A program made the position numbers and the translations under genes. Positions 29,922 through 39,779 of a stretch of DNA of 57,777 nucleotides are shown here, piece by piece. Source of the DNA: Candidatus Microgenomatus auricola (GTDB lineage Bacteria; Patescibacteriota; Patescibacteriia; SBBC01); the NCBI GenBank assembly GCA_005239865.1, contig SBBC01000033.1, positions 1 through 57,777 on the forward strand, written 5' to 3'. Each line of letters opens with the position of its first letter. The stretch's first letter is position 1. The notes below the pieces were generated by a model. It saw only the letters and a list, made by a program, of their open reading frames with translations. It had not been told where the DNA came from and did not search any database.

Positions 29922-31183
29922 AGTAGCTTTACTCCGGCTGCCTGACCGTAGTTGCGTTCAACTTGGGTTAGTTGAAAAATGCTTTTAAACAAGCGTTCAT
30001 CGCTGTCGGTAAAGGTCACATTTCGTCGTTCCATCACTCGCTTGGCGACCTCAATCGCTTTCTCCAGTCGGTACTCGGAGGGTGATATCGCGTTATCGTG
30101 CCAGGTGAATGATGGGATGTATTTTGGGAGATAGCCGGCACCGAAAACATTGCAAGAGAATCCGACGGTTGCACCGGTGTTGAACATCGTATTGATACCT
30201 GACTTTGAATGGTCGCCCATGATTAGTCCGACGAAGAGTAGTCCAGTTTCGACCTTTTTTCCGTTCAGCACGACGTCAACTGGACGGTAGTTGTTTTTTA
30301 AGTCACTGTTATTGGTGTCGGCACCAATGTTGCACCACATGCCGATGTACGAATGTCCAAGAAATCCCTCATGTTGTTTGTTCGAATACGCATGAATGAT
30401 AGACCCTTCGATTTCTCCGCCAGCCTTGCACATTTCCCCAATGGTTGTTCCAGCATAGATCTTGGCGCCCATTTTTACTTTCGTTTTCTTGCCAATATAA
30501 GCCGGTCCTTGGATCGTTGCGCTTGCCATTATTTCCGCTGCTTCATCGATGATGATTGGACCAGTTTCGGCGTCGAGTACAGCACCAGGTTTGACGACAG
30601 CGTTTTTTCCAATATATACGTTGTTTCGGTCGACGATGTGCGCACCTATATGCACCGTCCCTTCAACTTGCCCGAGGTGATATAGGTATCGTGCGTCGGC
30701 CTCGAGAAGTTCAGCATTCTTATGAATGAACTCCCATGGGTAGTTGAAAAGTGTGGCTGAAACCTCTCGGTCATCCAGTCCTTCTTTATCAAATAGGGGC
30801 GAAGCATTGTTGAGTTCGTTGGCTTCTGCCATCACTAGACGAACAGCAACGACGTTTCCATGCTGATCACGCAGACGGGTATTCGGTGGAAGTTGGCGAA
30901 GGGAAGTAACGACATCTGGAGTAGTCAGGAGTCGACCATTGACAAAAAGCGCGTCGCCTTTGTCGATGTAATTAATCGATGTCTCTCGCGTCGATTGACG
31001 GAATGTCTCCGTGACCTCGGCTCGGCAGATGTAGCCAGGAGGATTTGACGCCCCCCAGAACAATTTGAATCGTTCTCGAAGGGACATCGTGCCCGTGCGT
31101 AATTCAAACACCGGGCGCGAATACGCGAGTGGAAAAAAGTTCTTCACACGATAATCTTCTATAAGGTAAACTGTCTGGTTCAT
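29918..31183 (-). CDS. GlmU-like sugar nucleotidyltransferase/acetyltransferase (alternative, Bacteroidota-like type)
   Basis: PLAYSRPVFELRTG, SNKQHEGFLGHS, GADTNNSDLKNNY, GLIMGDHSKSGIN. Confidence 0.85.
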   Translation of the reverse strand: MNQTVYLIEDYRVKNFFPLAYSRPVFELRTGTMSLRERFKLFWGASNPPGYICRAEVTETFRQSTRETSINYIDKGDALFVNGRLLTTPDVVTSLRQLPPNTRLRDQHGNVVAVRLVMAEANELNNASPLFDKEGLDDREVSATLFNYPWEFIHKNAELLEADARYLYHLGQVEGTVHIGAHIVDRNNVYIGKNAVVKPGAVLDAETGPIIIDEAAEIMASATIQGPAYIGKKTKVKMGAKIYAGTTIGEMCKAGGEIEGSIIHAYSNKQHEGFLGHSYIGMWCNIGADTNNSDLKNNYRPVDVVLNGKKVETGLLFVGLIMGDHSKSGINTMFNTGATVGFSCNVFGAGYLPKYIPSFTWHDNAISPSEYRLEKAIEVAKRVMERRNVTFTDSDERLFKSIFQLTQVERNYGQAAGVKLL

Positions 31184-31192
31184 CGAGTCTGG

Positions 31193-31573
31193 TTACGGTG
31201 AACGCGTTGTACGTACCGTGGAATGACGTTTGGCGCGAAGCAGAAGGATGATGAAACCGATGATAATCACGGCAAGGATTTCTAGAAAAGAATTTCTGGA
31301 GTTGATCGGAACGCCGATTTTTGCCAAAGAGAAAATTGTCATTGAAATAAAGAAGATGGACAGTCCAATTGAGAGCGTGATCCGTTCAGCAACGTCAATG
31401 TCCGACTTACGCCAGAAGATTTGACTCCAGATAAGACCGGGTAGAAAAAAACTATAAAAGAACATGCCTACGTTTCTTATAGGACTCGGGAGAGCAAGAA
31501 GAACGATGATGACAGCGATTGTCAGCCAGAGCGGTAATTGAGAACGAAGAAACGGTAGTTGTTCCGCTATCAT
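31193..31573 (-). CDS. DUF1616-like membrane protein
   Basis: FFLPG...DVAERITLSIGLSI motif, four TM segments. Confidence 0.7.
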   Translation of the reverse strand: MIAEQLPFLRSQLPLWLTIAVIIVLLALPSPIRNVGMFFYSFFLPGLIWSQIFWRKSDIDVAERITLSIGLSIFFISMTIFSLAKIGVPINSRNSFLEILAVIIIGFIILLLRAKRHSTVRTTRSP

Positions 31574-31620
31574 GAGTGTGTATTATACCATTGAACGAGG
31601 AGCGGTCAAAGTACGATCGA

Positions 31621-32541
<921 letters not shown>

Positions 32542-32612
32542 GAACCGTGAAGAAGCTACAACACGCGTGCCATCTGCTATGGTATAGTGTAAATTGAGTA
32601 TACTATAAAACA

Positions 32613-34259
32613 ATGACACAGCTCAAGATTTGGCGTAACGAACTCCTGGTAATCGGTGGGCTTGCCACTTTGATACTTATATCTAGTTCCTTGTTATGGT
32701 ACTCATTTCCAGGAAAATTCGATTCGCCAGATGAAAACGCGAATTTTTTTCTTACGCAGCGTTTCGCTCAAGGGTTGTCGTTGAGCATCAAAGAACCACT
32801 GACCGAAATTGCAGACATCGTCGCGCCACGAAGTTTGGTCGTCAGCCAAGGAGCAATTCTACCCGGCAGCTTCTTGGGTCTGATTCTTCTATATGGATTT
32901 TTCGGAAAGATTTTTGGACTTTCGATTCTTGGCTTTTTAACGCCTCTTTTTTCAGCCATTGGCGTTGTTGCCTTCTATGTTTTGGTTAAAAAGTTTTTCC
33001 AACCATCGACTGCCATCCTATCCGCCCTACTCCTCGCCGTCCATCCGGCGTTCTTGTACTGGTCGGCCCGAAGTTTTTTTCATAATGCCCTCTTTTTCGA
33101 TCTTTTCGTTATCGGACTTTCCCTGCTATCTGTGGTGTTGATGAAATCACCATTCGAAGCGATGAGCGAAAGGAAGCGAAAAGCGATATTGTTTGGTTCG
33201 GGTCTGTCGATCGGGGCTGCCGTGGCTGTGAGAACATCCGAGGTAATCTGGATTGCATTGGTATTGGTTTTTTTTATCGTATATTTCCGGACTACCTTTC
33301 TACGCAGCGGCGGTTGGTGGGTATTCCCGTTAGGAATCGCGATTCCACTGATCCCAATTGTTGTTTTAAACGGTCAGCTATATGGCAACCCGTTGTCGTT
33401 CGGTTATAGCATCGGTCTAGACGATGAGACAACAACTCAGGTTGCATCCCCGGCCAGCTCGTTTTTCAGGGCGGTTGAGCTGATTTTTCCGTTCGGTATT
33501 CAATTTGAAACCGCAGCCGTGAATTTTTGGAATTACGGCCTCAAGCTACTATGGTTCCCCTCCCTTCTCACTCTACTCGGCATCTTTATGACTTGGCGGT
33601 CGTCATCAGCACAACAAATGGGTAAGCTCTGGGCGACGACGCTAGGATTCATCTCATTGTGGCTTGTTGTTTATTATGGCTCCTGGGAGTTTCATGACAA
33701 CCCCGACCCAACGAAAATAACGCTCGGCACTTCCTATACCCGTTATTGGCTCCCGCTGTATGCATTTGGCATTCCATACGCAGCGATAGCACTCCGTCGA
33801 CTTCTCACGCTGTCGGTGTTACCATTTTCCATTTGGCACCGGGTTCGACCAGTGATTGTAGTTGTCACCGTGCTCATTGTTGTTCAATTCTCGTCATCCC
33901 TCGTCATTACCGACGATGAGGAAGGACTTGTCGCTGTTCGGACACATACCATAGAATATAGAAACATGGCGGCCCGTGTCGTCCGCGAGACACCGGAGAA
34001 CGCCGTGATCATAGCGGGAAGGGCTGATAAAGTGTTGTTTCCTGAGCGTAAAGTGATATATCGCGTTGACCGCCCGGAGGAATTTGCTGGCGTCCGAAAC
34101 TTGCTTGAAACGGTGCCGGTATTCATCTATGTACCTCCAACCGAAGCGCTTCGTACGGTGAGACGGTTTTGGGAGGAACGAGGATTTCGAATCGAAACCG
34201 AGACTTCGTTGTCGGAGAATGAGTTGTTGCTACGATTATCGTCGGCGAGACGGGGTTAA
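32613..34259 (+). CDS. GT-C (ArnT/PMT-like) membrane glycosyltransferase
   Basis: SPDE motif in the first loop, many TM segments, YGNPLSFGY, RYWLP. Confidence 0.75.
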   Translation: MTQLKIWRNELLVIGGLATLILISSSLLWYSFPGKFDSPDENANFFLTQRFAQGLSLSIKEPLTEIADIVAPRSLVVSQGAILPGSFLGLILLYGFFGKIFGLSILGFLTPLFSAIGVVAFYVLVKKFFQPSTAILSALLLAVHPAFLYWSARSFFHNALFFDLFVIGLSLLSVVLMKSPFEAMSERKRKAILFGSGLSIGAAVAVRTSEVIWIALVLVFFIVYFRTTFLRSGGWWVFPLGIAIPLIPIVVLNGQLYGNPLSFGYSIGLDDETTTQVASPASSFFRAVELIFPFGIQFETAAVNFWNYGLKLLWFPSLLTLLGIFMTWRSSSAQQMGKLWATTLGFISLWLVVYYGSWEFHDNPDPTKITLGTSYTRYWLPLYAFGIPYAAIALRRLLTLSVLPFSIWHRVRPVIVVVTVLIVVQFSSSLVITDDEEGLVAVRTHTIEYRNMAARVVRETPENAVIIAGRADKVLFPERKVIYRVDRPEEFAGVRNLLETVPVFIYVPPTEALRTVRRFWEERGFRIETETSLSENELLLRLSSARRG

Positions 34260-34264
34260 CCTTA

Positions 34265-35809
34265 ATGATTAGTCCTCAACCAAGAACATATCGCTATTCA
34301 ATTTTCATCATCCGTCTTGTTATTTGGCTGATACCAGTCGTGTTGTTGCTGTGGGTTATTAACCAAAATCTCGTCGCTTTCGGGAGCGTCACTTACCGTT
34401 GCACAGCCAACGGATGCGATCGGAAAGTTAAAAACTTTGCCTCTAAAGAACCAGAGAAGCTTGTCGGAACGACGAAAGAAAACGGCGGCGATCAGTACCG
34501 GTTGATAACTGTTGACCCCTTTTATTTCGACATCAAGACGTTTCGTGAAACTCAGCGGGCGACTGTCCGTTTAACATACCAATTTACCGATGGACAAGGT
34601 CGACTCCGACTGGGTGTGATCACAAAAGGAAGTAAAGCGGAGTTTTACGATTTCGCAGATCAGAGTACCCAGTTCGCGGAACTGGAACAAGAGTGGCATC
34701 AGGTTCGTGAGGGGGACATCACGCTGTTTACTCGCCCTGGCACCGGATTACGACTATATTCTTCGATCGAGGACTTTCTACGAGACCCACCAGCTAAGTC
34801 ATCAACTGCGATCTATAACCTTGATCCAACTGGTCTTATTCGATTACCTTCATATATCTCTATCCCAGATAAACGAAAGTACGTGTTTGATATCCGTGGT
34901 ACCCATCTGCTGTATGTTTACGTTGGAAAGGACGAGCCACTCAATCTACAATTTTCTGTCCAGGATATCAATCGCCACGAAGGAAAAGACGACGTGGTTG
35001 TCGACGTCTTTCAGGGATCGAAAGTTATTCAAAACGTTGCTCTTCGTGACGATGGTGATACAAAACGAAGCGGTATTCCCTCCCCCGAAAGATCATTCGA
35101 TGTGACTATCCCCAATCTCTCGGAAGGCGTATATGGCATTAGAGTATCAGCGAACGACGACGCTTTCATTAGGTCACTCACTACTAGCCACCGCCTAATA
35201 GTTTTTGATAAAAAACTCTACTTGGCTGGCAGCAAGGAATATGAAATTCTCGGCGGGATGAGCAATGATCCGATCACGCTGTACGTTAGAGGTACTTTTT
35301 TAAGCGTTTTAACTTCACACAAGAATTCGCTCCAAACAATTACCGTTGGTTCGCGGAAGATCACCCTGACAAAAACATTGCGGAAAGTGACCATCCAATT
35401 ACCGCGCGGGCGAGATTTCGTACCGGTGACTGTTCCAATCCGCGACGTTGTTCTTGAGACCGACGGAACGTTTGTCTTTTCACGAGACCAGCATTTTGAC
35501 GGGAATTCACCGATTGCCACAACTCTCCGGAGCGGTGATGATATTTCCGGATACGACTACGTCTTGGCGTCATATCCACGTGTCTCACAAGAAGGAAGAT
35601 GGTTTATCGCCAAAAAAAACCTCGATCTCGTTCCGGCAGGACGCAACCTCCATTTTCTTATTGTCGGCGATCCATCTCTCGGTGAGTCAAAGGCGTCGGT
35701 ACGTATGAAAGAATTGAGTATTCGTCTTGAGGGCTCAGCTCTGTCACCGAAAAAAATCAGGCATTACATTTCTACCCTTTTTAAACGTGCCCGATCGGGA
35801 GGTGAATAA
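34265..35809 (+). CDS. Membrane-anchored extracellular hypothetical protein
   Basis: 514 aa ORF with a single N-terminal TM and a beta-rich remainder; co-oriented with neighbours. Confidence 0.7.
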   Translation: MISPQPRTYRYSIFIIRLVIWLIPVVLLLWVINQNLVAFGSVTYRCTANGCDRKVKNFASKEPEKLVGTTKENGGDQYRLITVDPFYFDIKTFRETQRATVRLTYQFTDGQGRLRLGVITKGSKAEFYDFADQSTQFAELEQEWHQVREGDITLFTRPGTGLRLYSSIEDFLRDPPAKSSTAIYNLDPTGLIRLPSYISIPDKRKYVFDIRGTHLLYVYVGKDEPLNLQFSVQDINRHEGKDDVVVDVFQGSKVIQNVALRDDGDTKRSGIPSPERSFDVTIPNLSEGVYGIRVSANDDAFIRSLTTSHRLIVFDKKLYLAGSKEYEILGGMSNDPITLYVRGTFLSVLTSHKNSLQTITVGSRKITLTKTLRKVTIQLPRGRDFVPVTVPIRDVVLETDGTFVFSRDQHFDGNSPIATTLRSGDDISGYDYVLASYPRVSQEGRWFIAKKNLDLVPAGRNLHFLIVGDPSLGESKASVRMKELSIRLEGSALSPKKIRHYISTLFKRARSGGE

Positions 35810-35826
35810 TACTGACTAAATTACGA

Positions 35827-36258
35827 ATGGAGATTTTACCAAAAACCAACCCACCCCCCGTCTACCGGAAACTACTCAGTGATATTTTTATTGCGTCGTT
35901 ACTTCTCTATGTCCTTTTTTTTCTTCTTGAGGAATTTTTCTCGGGATTTGTCGTTGATCATATTAATCTCAACGTCCTACTGGCTGTTGTTTTTATCAGC
36001 GGCACCGTGCTCGCCCTGACCCGGACAAAGATTACCGAGTCAACTGGCGACATGACGCGCGTTTACTCGGTATCAACAACACTATTCATTAGCATCGGGG
36101 TTGGTATTCTCGGTGGTGGAATCGTCTGGCTTCGGACCGTGCGAACGCTCGGCTCCCTCGCCACCCCAATTTCATTCTTCATCACCTTTGTGATTACGAT
36201 AATGATTTTTTTTCTCTTGACCGAGGATCACCGAGATCTTCAGGACAAGGACCAATAA
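35827..36258 (+). CDS. Hypothetical 4-TM membrane protein
   Basis: Hydrophobic ORF in the same operon. Confidence 0.7.
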   Translation: MEILPKTNPPPVYRKLLSDIFIASLLLYVLFFLLEEFFSGFVVDHINLNVLLAVVFISGTVLALTRTKITESTGDMTRVYSVSTTLFISIGVGILGGGIVWLRTVRTLGSLATPISFFITFVITIMIFFLLTEDHRDLQDKDQ

Positions 36259-36277
36259 GCGGTACGATGCAATATCA

Positions 36278-36769
36278 ATGAAACGCTACATTGTTACCGC
36301 CCTCTTGCCCGAACCTTTGCGAGGCAAACTCGCGGCGCTGCGACGTCATCACGACCGCTTCACGCGGCAGTGGCTGCCGCCGCACATCACGATCATTCCG
36401 CCGTTTGAAACTATTCTTTCCCGCGACGAAATGCAAGCCATCCAGACCATGCCGGTTGATGTCAAGGCGTCGTTCGGTGGTTGGGGTTCGTTCCGGCGCG
36501 ATACCACGAGCGTCCTGTTTTTGAAGATTGTGAACGACGTTTTCGGCGAGCTCCGGACGAAACTCCTGTCGACGCTTCCCGGTCTCGCGCCATACGCCTC
36601 GACTGATACGACGTTTCACGTAACAGTCGTCAGTAGAATTCCCAACGAATTGTTTGATGAGGTCTCGTCAGTTGTGACAAAGCAAGAAATCGCTGGCGAT
36701 TTTACGGTTGACCGCCTGACCCTCTACGAATGGGATGACGAGTATCGGCGGTGGATCGAAGTCACGTGA
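36278..36769 (+). CDS. 2H phosphoesterase (2'-5' RNA ligase/LigT family)
   Basis: Two HxT motifs: PPHITII and FHVTVV. Confidence 0.85.
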   Translation: MKRYIVTALLPEPLRGKLAALRRHHDRFTRQWLPPHITIIPPFETILSRDEMQAIQTMPVDVKASFGGWGSFRRDTTSVLFLKIVNDVFGELRTKLLSTLPGLAPYASTDTTFHVTVVSRIPNELFDEVSSVVTKQEIAGDFTVDRLTLYEWDDEYRRWIEVT

Positions 36770-36847
36770 GGCGATGACCCAAAACACCAGCGAGGAGCTA
36801 GATCCCTGCCTCCCGCTGTCGCCAGGGGCTGGGGCCATGGTCAGATC

Positions 36848-37642
36848 ATGAAGCGATTCTTGCTTTGGATCTGGAAGGACCCCCGACGTCGGGTGACGAT
36901 CGTCCTCGTCGCGACCTGGCTGGTTGCGCTCACCCGCTTTTCCGAGCCAGTATACGTTTGGGTGCCGCTTTTTGTCGTGAGCGTCGGCGCGGTTGCGGAC
37001 CTGGTGGTCCAACGGATGCTGTTGAGACGGTGGAAATTCCCTTCATCTGCTGGCGTGACTAGTTGGTTGGTGGCACTGATCCTCGACCCGACCACTGGCA
37101 TGGCGCCGATGGTGGCGGCGGTGCTGCTGGCGCTCGGATCGAAATACCTGCTGCGCTTCCGGCGTCACTGGTTCAACCCAGCGGCCTTCGGCATTCTGAC
37201 GAGCGCCTGGATTTTTGATGTGCCGGTGGCCTGGTGGGTAGTCTCCTGGTCGTGGATACCGGCGGCCATGCTCCTGGTTGGGATGTTCTCTATTTTGCAA
37301 CGGCTGAAACGATTGTGGTTGCCTGCAATTTTTTTTGTCATCTACGCGGTCTGGCTTGCGGCAACGAGTGGTAATACGAATCTGGTCTCGCGCACCCTGC
37401 TTGATGGAACAGTCATCCTCTTCGCGGTGGTCATGGTCACGGAGCCAATGACGTCGCCGGCTCACGGCAAATGGCGGTACGGTTTCGGCGCACTGGTGGC
37501 GGCGATGATCGTGCTCTTGATCGCCTTCCGTTTTACCGGCCCCCCCGATCTCTTCTTGCTGTCATTGCTGCTGGCTGACGCGGTCGCCGGAATTTTGCTG
37601 ACGGTCAGGCGATCGCGGCCGACCGTGTCGCCGGCTGCGTAG
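36848..37642 (+). CDS. RnfD/NqrB-like membrane protein
   Basis: SSAGVT..ALIL, SKYLLR..HWFNPAAFG, MVTEPMTSP. Confidence 0.75.
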   Translation: MKRFLLWIWKDPRRRVTIVLVATWLVALTRFSEPVYVWVPLFVVSVGAVADLVVQRMLLRRWKFPSSAGVTSWLVALILDPTTGMAPMVAAVLLALGSKYLLRFRRHWFNPAAFGILTSAWIFDVPVAWWVVSWSWIPAAMLLVGMFSILQRLKRLWLPAIFFVIYAVWLAATSGNTNLVSRTLLDGTVILFAVVMVTEPMTSPAHGKWRYGFGALVAAMIVLLIAFRFTGPPDLFLLSLLLADAVAGILLTVRRSRPTVSPAA

Positions 37643-37684
37643 AGGTTTGCGGGAAACGCGACCAGCGCTACACTACAGCATGGT

Positions 37685-37936
37685 ATGGCACATGAAGACC
37701 TAAAACCCGGCGAAGGCAAGGTGCTCGAAGACAGGCATGTGGCTTTGTACCGCGACGAACACGGGAATCTTCAGGCGGTGAGTTCGATTTGCACGCATGA
37801 GGAATGTGAAGTGGAGTGGAACAACGGAGACAAGACCTGGGACTGCCCTTGCCACGGCTCGCGGTTTACACGAGACGGTCATGTGATCAACGGGCCGGCA
37901 GTGGAGCCGCTCGCCCCAGCAGAGGTTCCGGAGTGA
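37685..37936 (+). CDS. Small Rieske [2Fe-2S] protein
   Basis: CTH...WDCPCHGSRF...GPA. Confidence 0.92.
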   Translation: MAHEDLKPGEGKVLEDRHVALYRDEHGNLQAVSSICTHEECEVEWNNGDKTWDCPCHGSRFTRDGHVINGPAVEPLAPAEVPE

Positions 37937-38142
37937 ACGAACCAGCACTAGGTATCTACGAGCACTACAGCGGTACGCAGTACCGCGTTATCGGCGTTGC
38001 ACGTCATAGCGAATCGAAAGAACAGCTCGTCGTCTACCAGCGTCTCGACGACCATGCGCTGTGGACGCGGCCACTGACGATGTTTCTCGAAGACGTTGAG
38101 GTCGAGGGCCGGCGCGTTCCGCGTTTCAGGCGCGTGGGATGA
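37933..38142 (+). CDS. DUF1653-domain protein
   Basis: GIYEHYSG.YRVIGVARHSE..VVY..LWTRPLTMF..RF; GTG start overlaps the Rieske stop. Confidence 0.85.
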   Translation: MNEPALGIYEHYSGTQYRVIGVARHSESKEQLVVYQRLDDHALWTRPLTMFLEDVEVEGRRVPRFRRVG

Positions 38143-38154
38143 GGCGTTCGCACA

Positions 38155-38484
38155 ATGCCCCGCGGTCAAAACCTTTATTTCCGGATCTACAACGCCGTCC
38201 GCAAGATTCCGCGCGGTAAAGTCGCGACGTATGGGCAGATCGCGGCGCTGATTGGGAGTCCGCGTTCTGCTCGAATTGTCGGCTGGGCGCTGCGGTCGCT
38301 TGATCCAGGAACGAAAGTCCCGTGGCAACGGGTGATCAACGGCCAGGGGATGATCTCGATCGAGAATATGAACTGCCCGAAGGAGCAGCAGGCGCTGGTG
38401 TTGCGGCAGGAGGGCGTTGAGGTCATGCAGCGGGACGGGAATTTTTGGGTGGATTTGGGGAAGTATGGATGGCAGACAGATTAA
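38155..38484 (+). CDS. Alkyltransferase-like (ATL/YbaZ) protein
   Basis: IPRGKVATYGQIA, ARIVG, PWQRV (Trp in place of the catalytic Cys of PCHRV). Confidence 0.88.
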   Translation: MPRGQNLYFRIYNAVRKIPRGKVATYGQIAALIGSPRSARIVGWALRSLDPGTKVPWQRVINGQGMISIENMNCPKEQQALVLRQEGVEVMQRDGNFWVDLGKYGWQTD

Positions 38485-38517
38485 AGTTGTTAGTTGAAAG
38501 TTTTAAGTTAAGGTACG

Positions 38518-39015
38518 ATGCATCAACCACCTCCTGACAACCTTCAACTTCCTCCTAAAGCCATGCCCCGCAGTTACATGATTCCCAAAAAATTCGTGCC
38601 AAAGTCAGATAACGGGTATTTCGAGGTATTATCGAAAACCGTGTTTCAGGTGGGATTCAACTGGCGGGTAGTGGAAAAGAAGTGGCCGGACATCCACAAG
38701 GCGTTTCATGGATTCAGGATCGAGCTAGTCGCCAAGATGGATATTGACGACGTTGACGCACTCTTAAAGAACAAACAGATCATTCGGAATGGTCGAAAAA
38801 TCATGGCTGTTATCGCCAACGCGCAGAAGTTTTTGGAAATTAAAAAAAAGCACGCTGCGGTAAAGAAATTCCTACGGTCACTGCGAAAGAAGCCCTACCG
38901 TGAGCGTCGAAAAATCCTGTCGAAAATGTTCGCGGGTATTGGTCCGACCGGCGTGTTTGTGTTTCTCTATACGGTCGATGAACCAGTGCCGCACTGGCAC
39001 CAACGTAACGATTGA
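38518..39015 (+). CDS. tag: DNA-3-methyladenine glycosylase I-like protein
   Basis: FE.L..FQ.GFNW..V..K, IIRN.RKI.AVI.NA, GPT; true start probably 38563 (MPRSY). Confidence 0.75.
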   Translation: MHQPPPDNLQLPPKAMPRSYMIPKKFVPKSDNGYFEVLSKTVFQVGFNWRVVEKKWPDIHKAFHGFRIELVAKMDIDDVDALLKNKQIIRNGRKIMAVIANAQKFLEIKKKHAAVKKFLRSLRKKPYRERRKILSKMFAGIGPTGVFVFLYTVDEPVPHWHQRND

Positions 39016-39088
39016 CGCGTGACTTTTGACTGCTGACTAATAGGCAGGAGGTTGATTTTTTCTTTATTTTTGTTACAATGCTTGCGTC

Positions 39089-39475
39089 ATGGATCGAGTA
39101 GCAATGAGAAAAATTCAGTACAACAAGTTGATTCGTGACAGGATTCCGCTGGTCATGAAGAAGAACGGCGCGGCGTTCAAGGTCAGAAGGTTGAAGTTAT
39201 CTGCATTCAAGCGTGAACTCTTGAAGAAAGTCGGCGAGGAGGCCAGCAGCCTCCCGCGTCTCAAGAAGAAGGATGACATCACCGATGAGTTGGCTGACAC
39301 GCTCGACGTCATCAAGGAGCTTCAGAGCGTATTCAAGATTTCCAATGCGGATATTCGCAAAGCGCAACAGCAGGCGATGAAAAGGAAGGGCGGATTTCGG
39401 AAGCGGATCTACCTGTACTGGTCGCAGGATACTGGCTACCGGACGAATGAGCGAAGGTATAAAAAACAACAATAG
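39089..39475 (+). CDS. MazG-like NTP pyrophosphohydrolase
   Basis: YNKLIRDRIP, K..EE, DELAD.L.V, KRKGGF. Confidence 0.85.
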   Translation: MDRVAMRKIQYNKLIRDRIPLVMKKNGAAFKVRRLKLSAFKRELLKKVGEEASSLPRLKKKDDITDELADTLDVIKELQSVFKISNADIRKAQQQAMKRKGGFRKRIYLYWSQDTGYRTNERRYKKQQ

Positions 39476-39514
39476 GCGCGCGGGTGTCGTATTACGGCTA
39501 TTATGTCACCCTTC

Positions 39515-39720
39515 TCCCGTAAAACGAGGAGCGTGAGCGACGAAGTTTTACTGATCCCGTACGACGAGCTCTTGTGACAATCCTGGCGCAGGTATCGTAT
39601 AATGGTAATACCTCAGCTTTCCAAGCTGATGCCGGGGGTTCGATTCCCCCTACCTGCTCCAAGATTGTCACGGGATCCTCGCAACCAGACGGGCTCGTTC
39701 GTAGCCTCGTCGTTGCGGGA
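39515..39720. mobile_element. 206-nt nested inverted-repeat element (TCCCG...CGGGA) carrying tRNA-Gly(TCC), inserted in the anticodon of the outer tRNA
   Basis: Concentric arms tcccgtacgacgag 39555-68 / ctcgtcgttgcggga 39706-20 and tcttgtgacaatc 39570-82 / gattgtcacggga 39663-75, plus the self-contained unit tcccgtaaaac...gttttac at 39515-51. Confidence 0.65.
39588..39661 (+). tRNA. tRNA-Gly(TCC), intact, CCA encoded
   Basis: Acceptor GCAGGTA/TACCTGC, anticodon arm TCAGC-TTTCCAA-GCTGA, T-arm GGGGG-TTCGATT-CCCCC. Confidence 0.97.
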
Positions 39721-39779
39721 CAAGGGGTAGAAGCCCCGCCGAATGGCGGGTCACCCGCTCCAGTGAGTTGCCCACCGTG

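Larger units (their letters stand above)
39480..39762 (+). pseudogene. Interrupted outer tRNA-Gly(TCC): 5' part 39480-39514, 3' part 39721-39762
   Basis: GCGGGTG TC GTATTACGGCTATTAT G TCACC CT TC | insert | C AA GG...CACCCGC TCCA. The 7-bp acceptor stem is perfect and ends in CCA; the T-arm is replaced by the hairpin CCCGCC-GAAT-GGCGGG. Confidence 0.8.

Noticed and set aside
39515-39720. Group I intron or BHB-type intron in the tRNA anticodon
   Set aside because: The 5' exon ends in C rather than U, the insert ends in A rather than G, there is no room or motif for a P3-P7 core once the inner tRNA is subtracted, and no bulge-helix-bulge is seen at the junctions.
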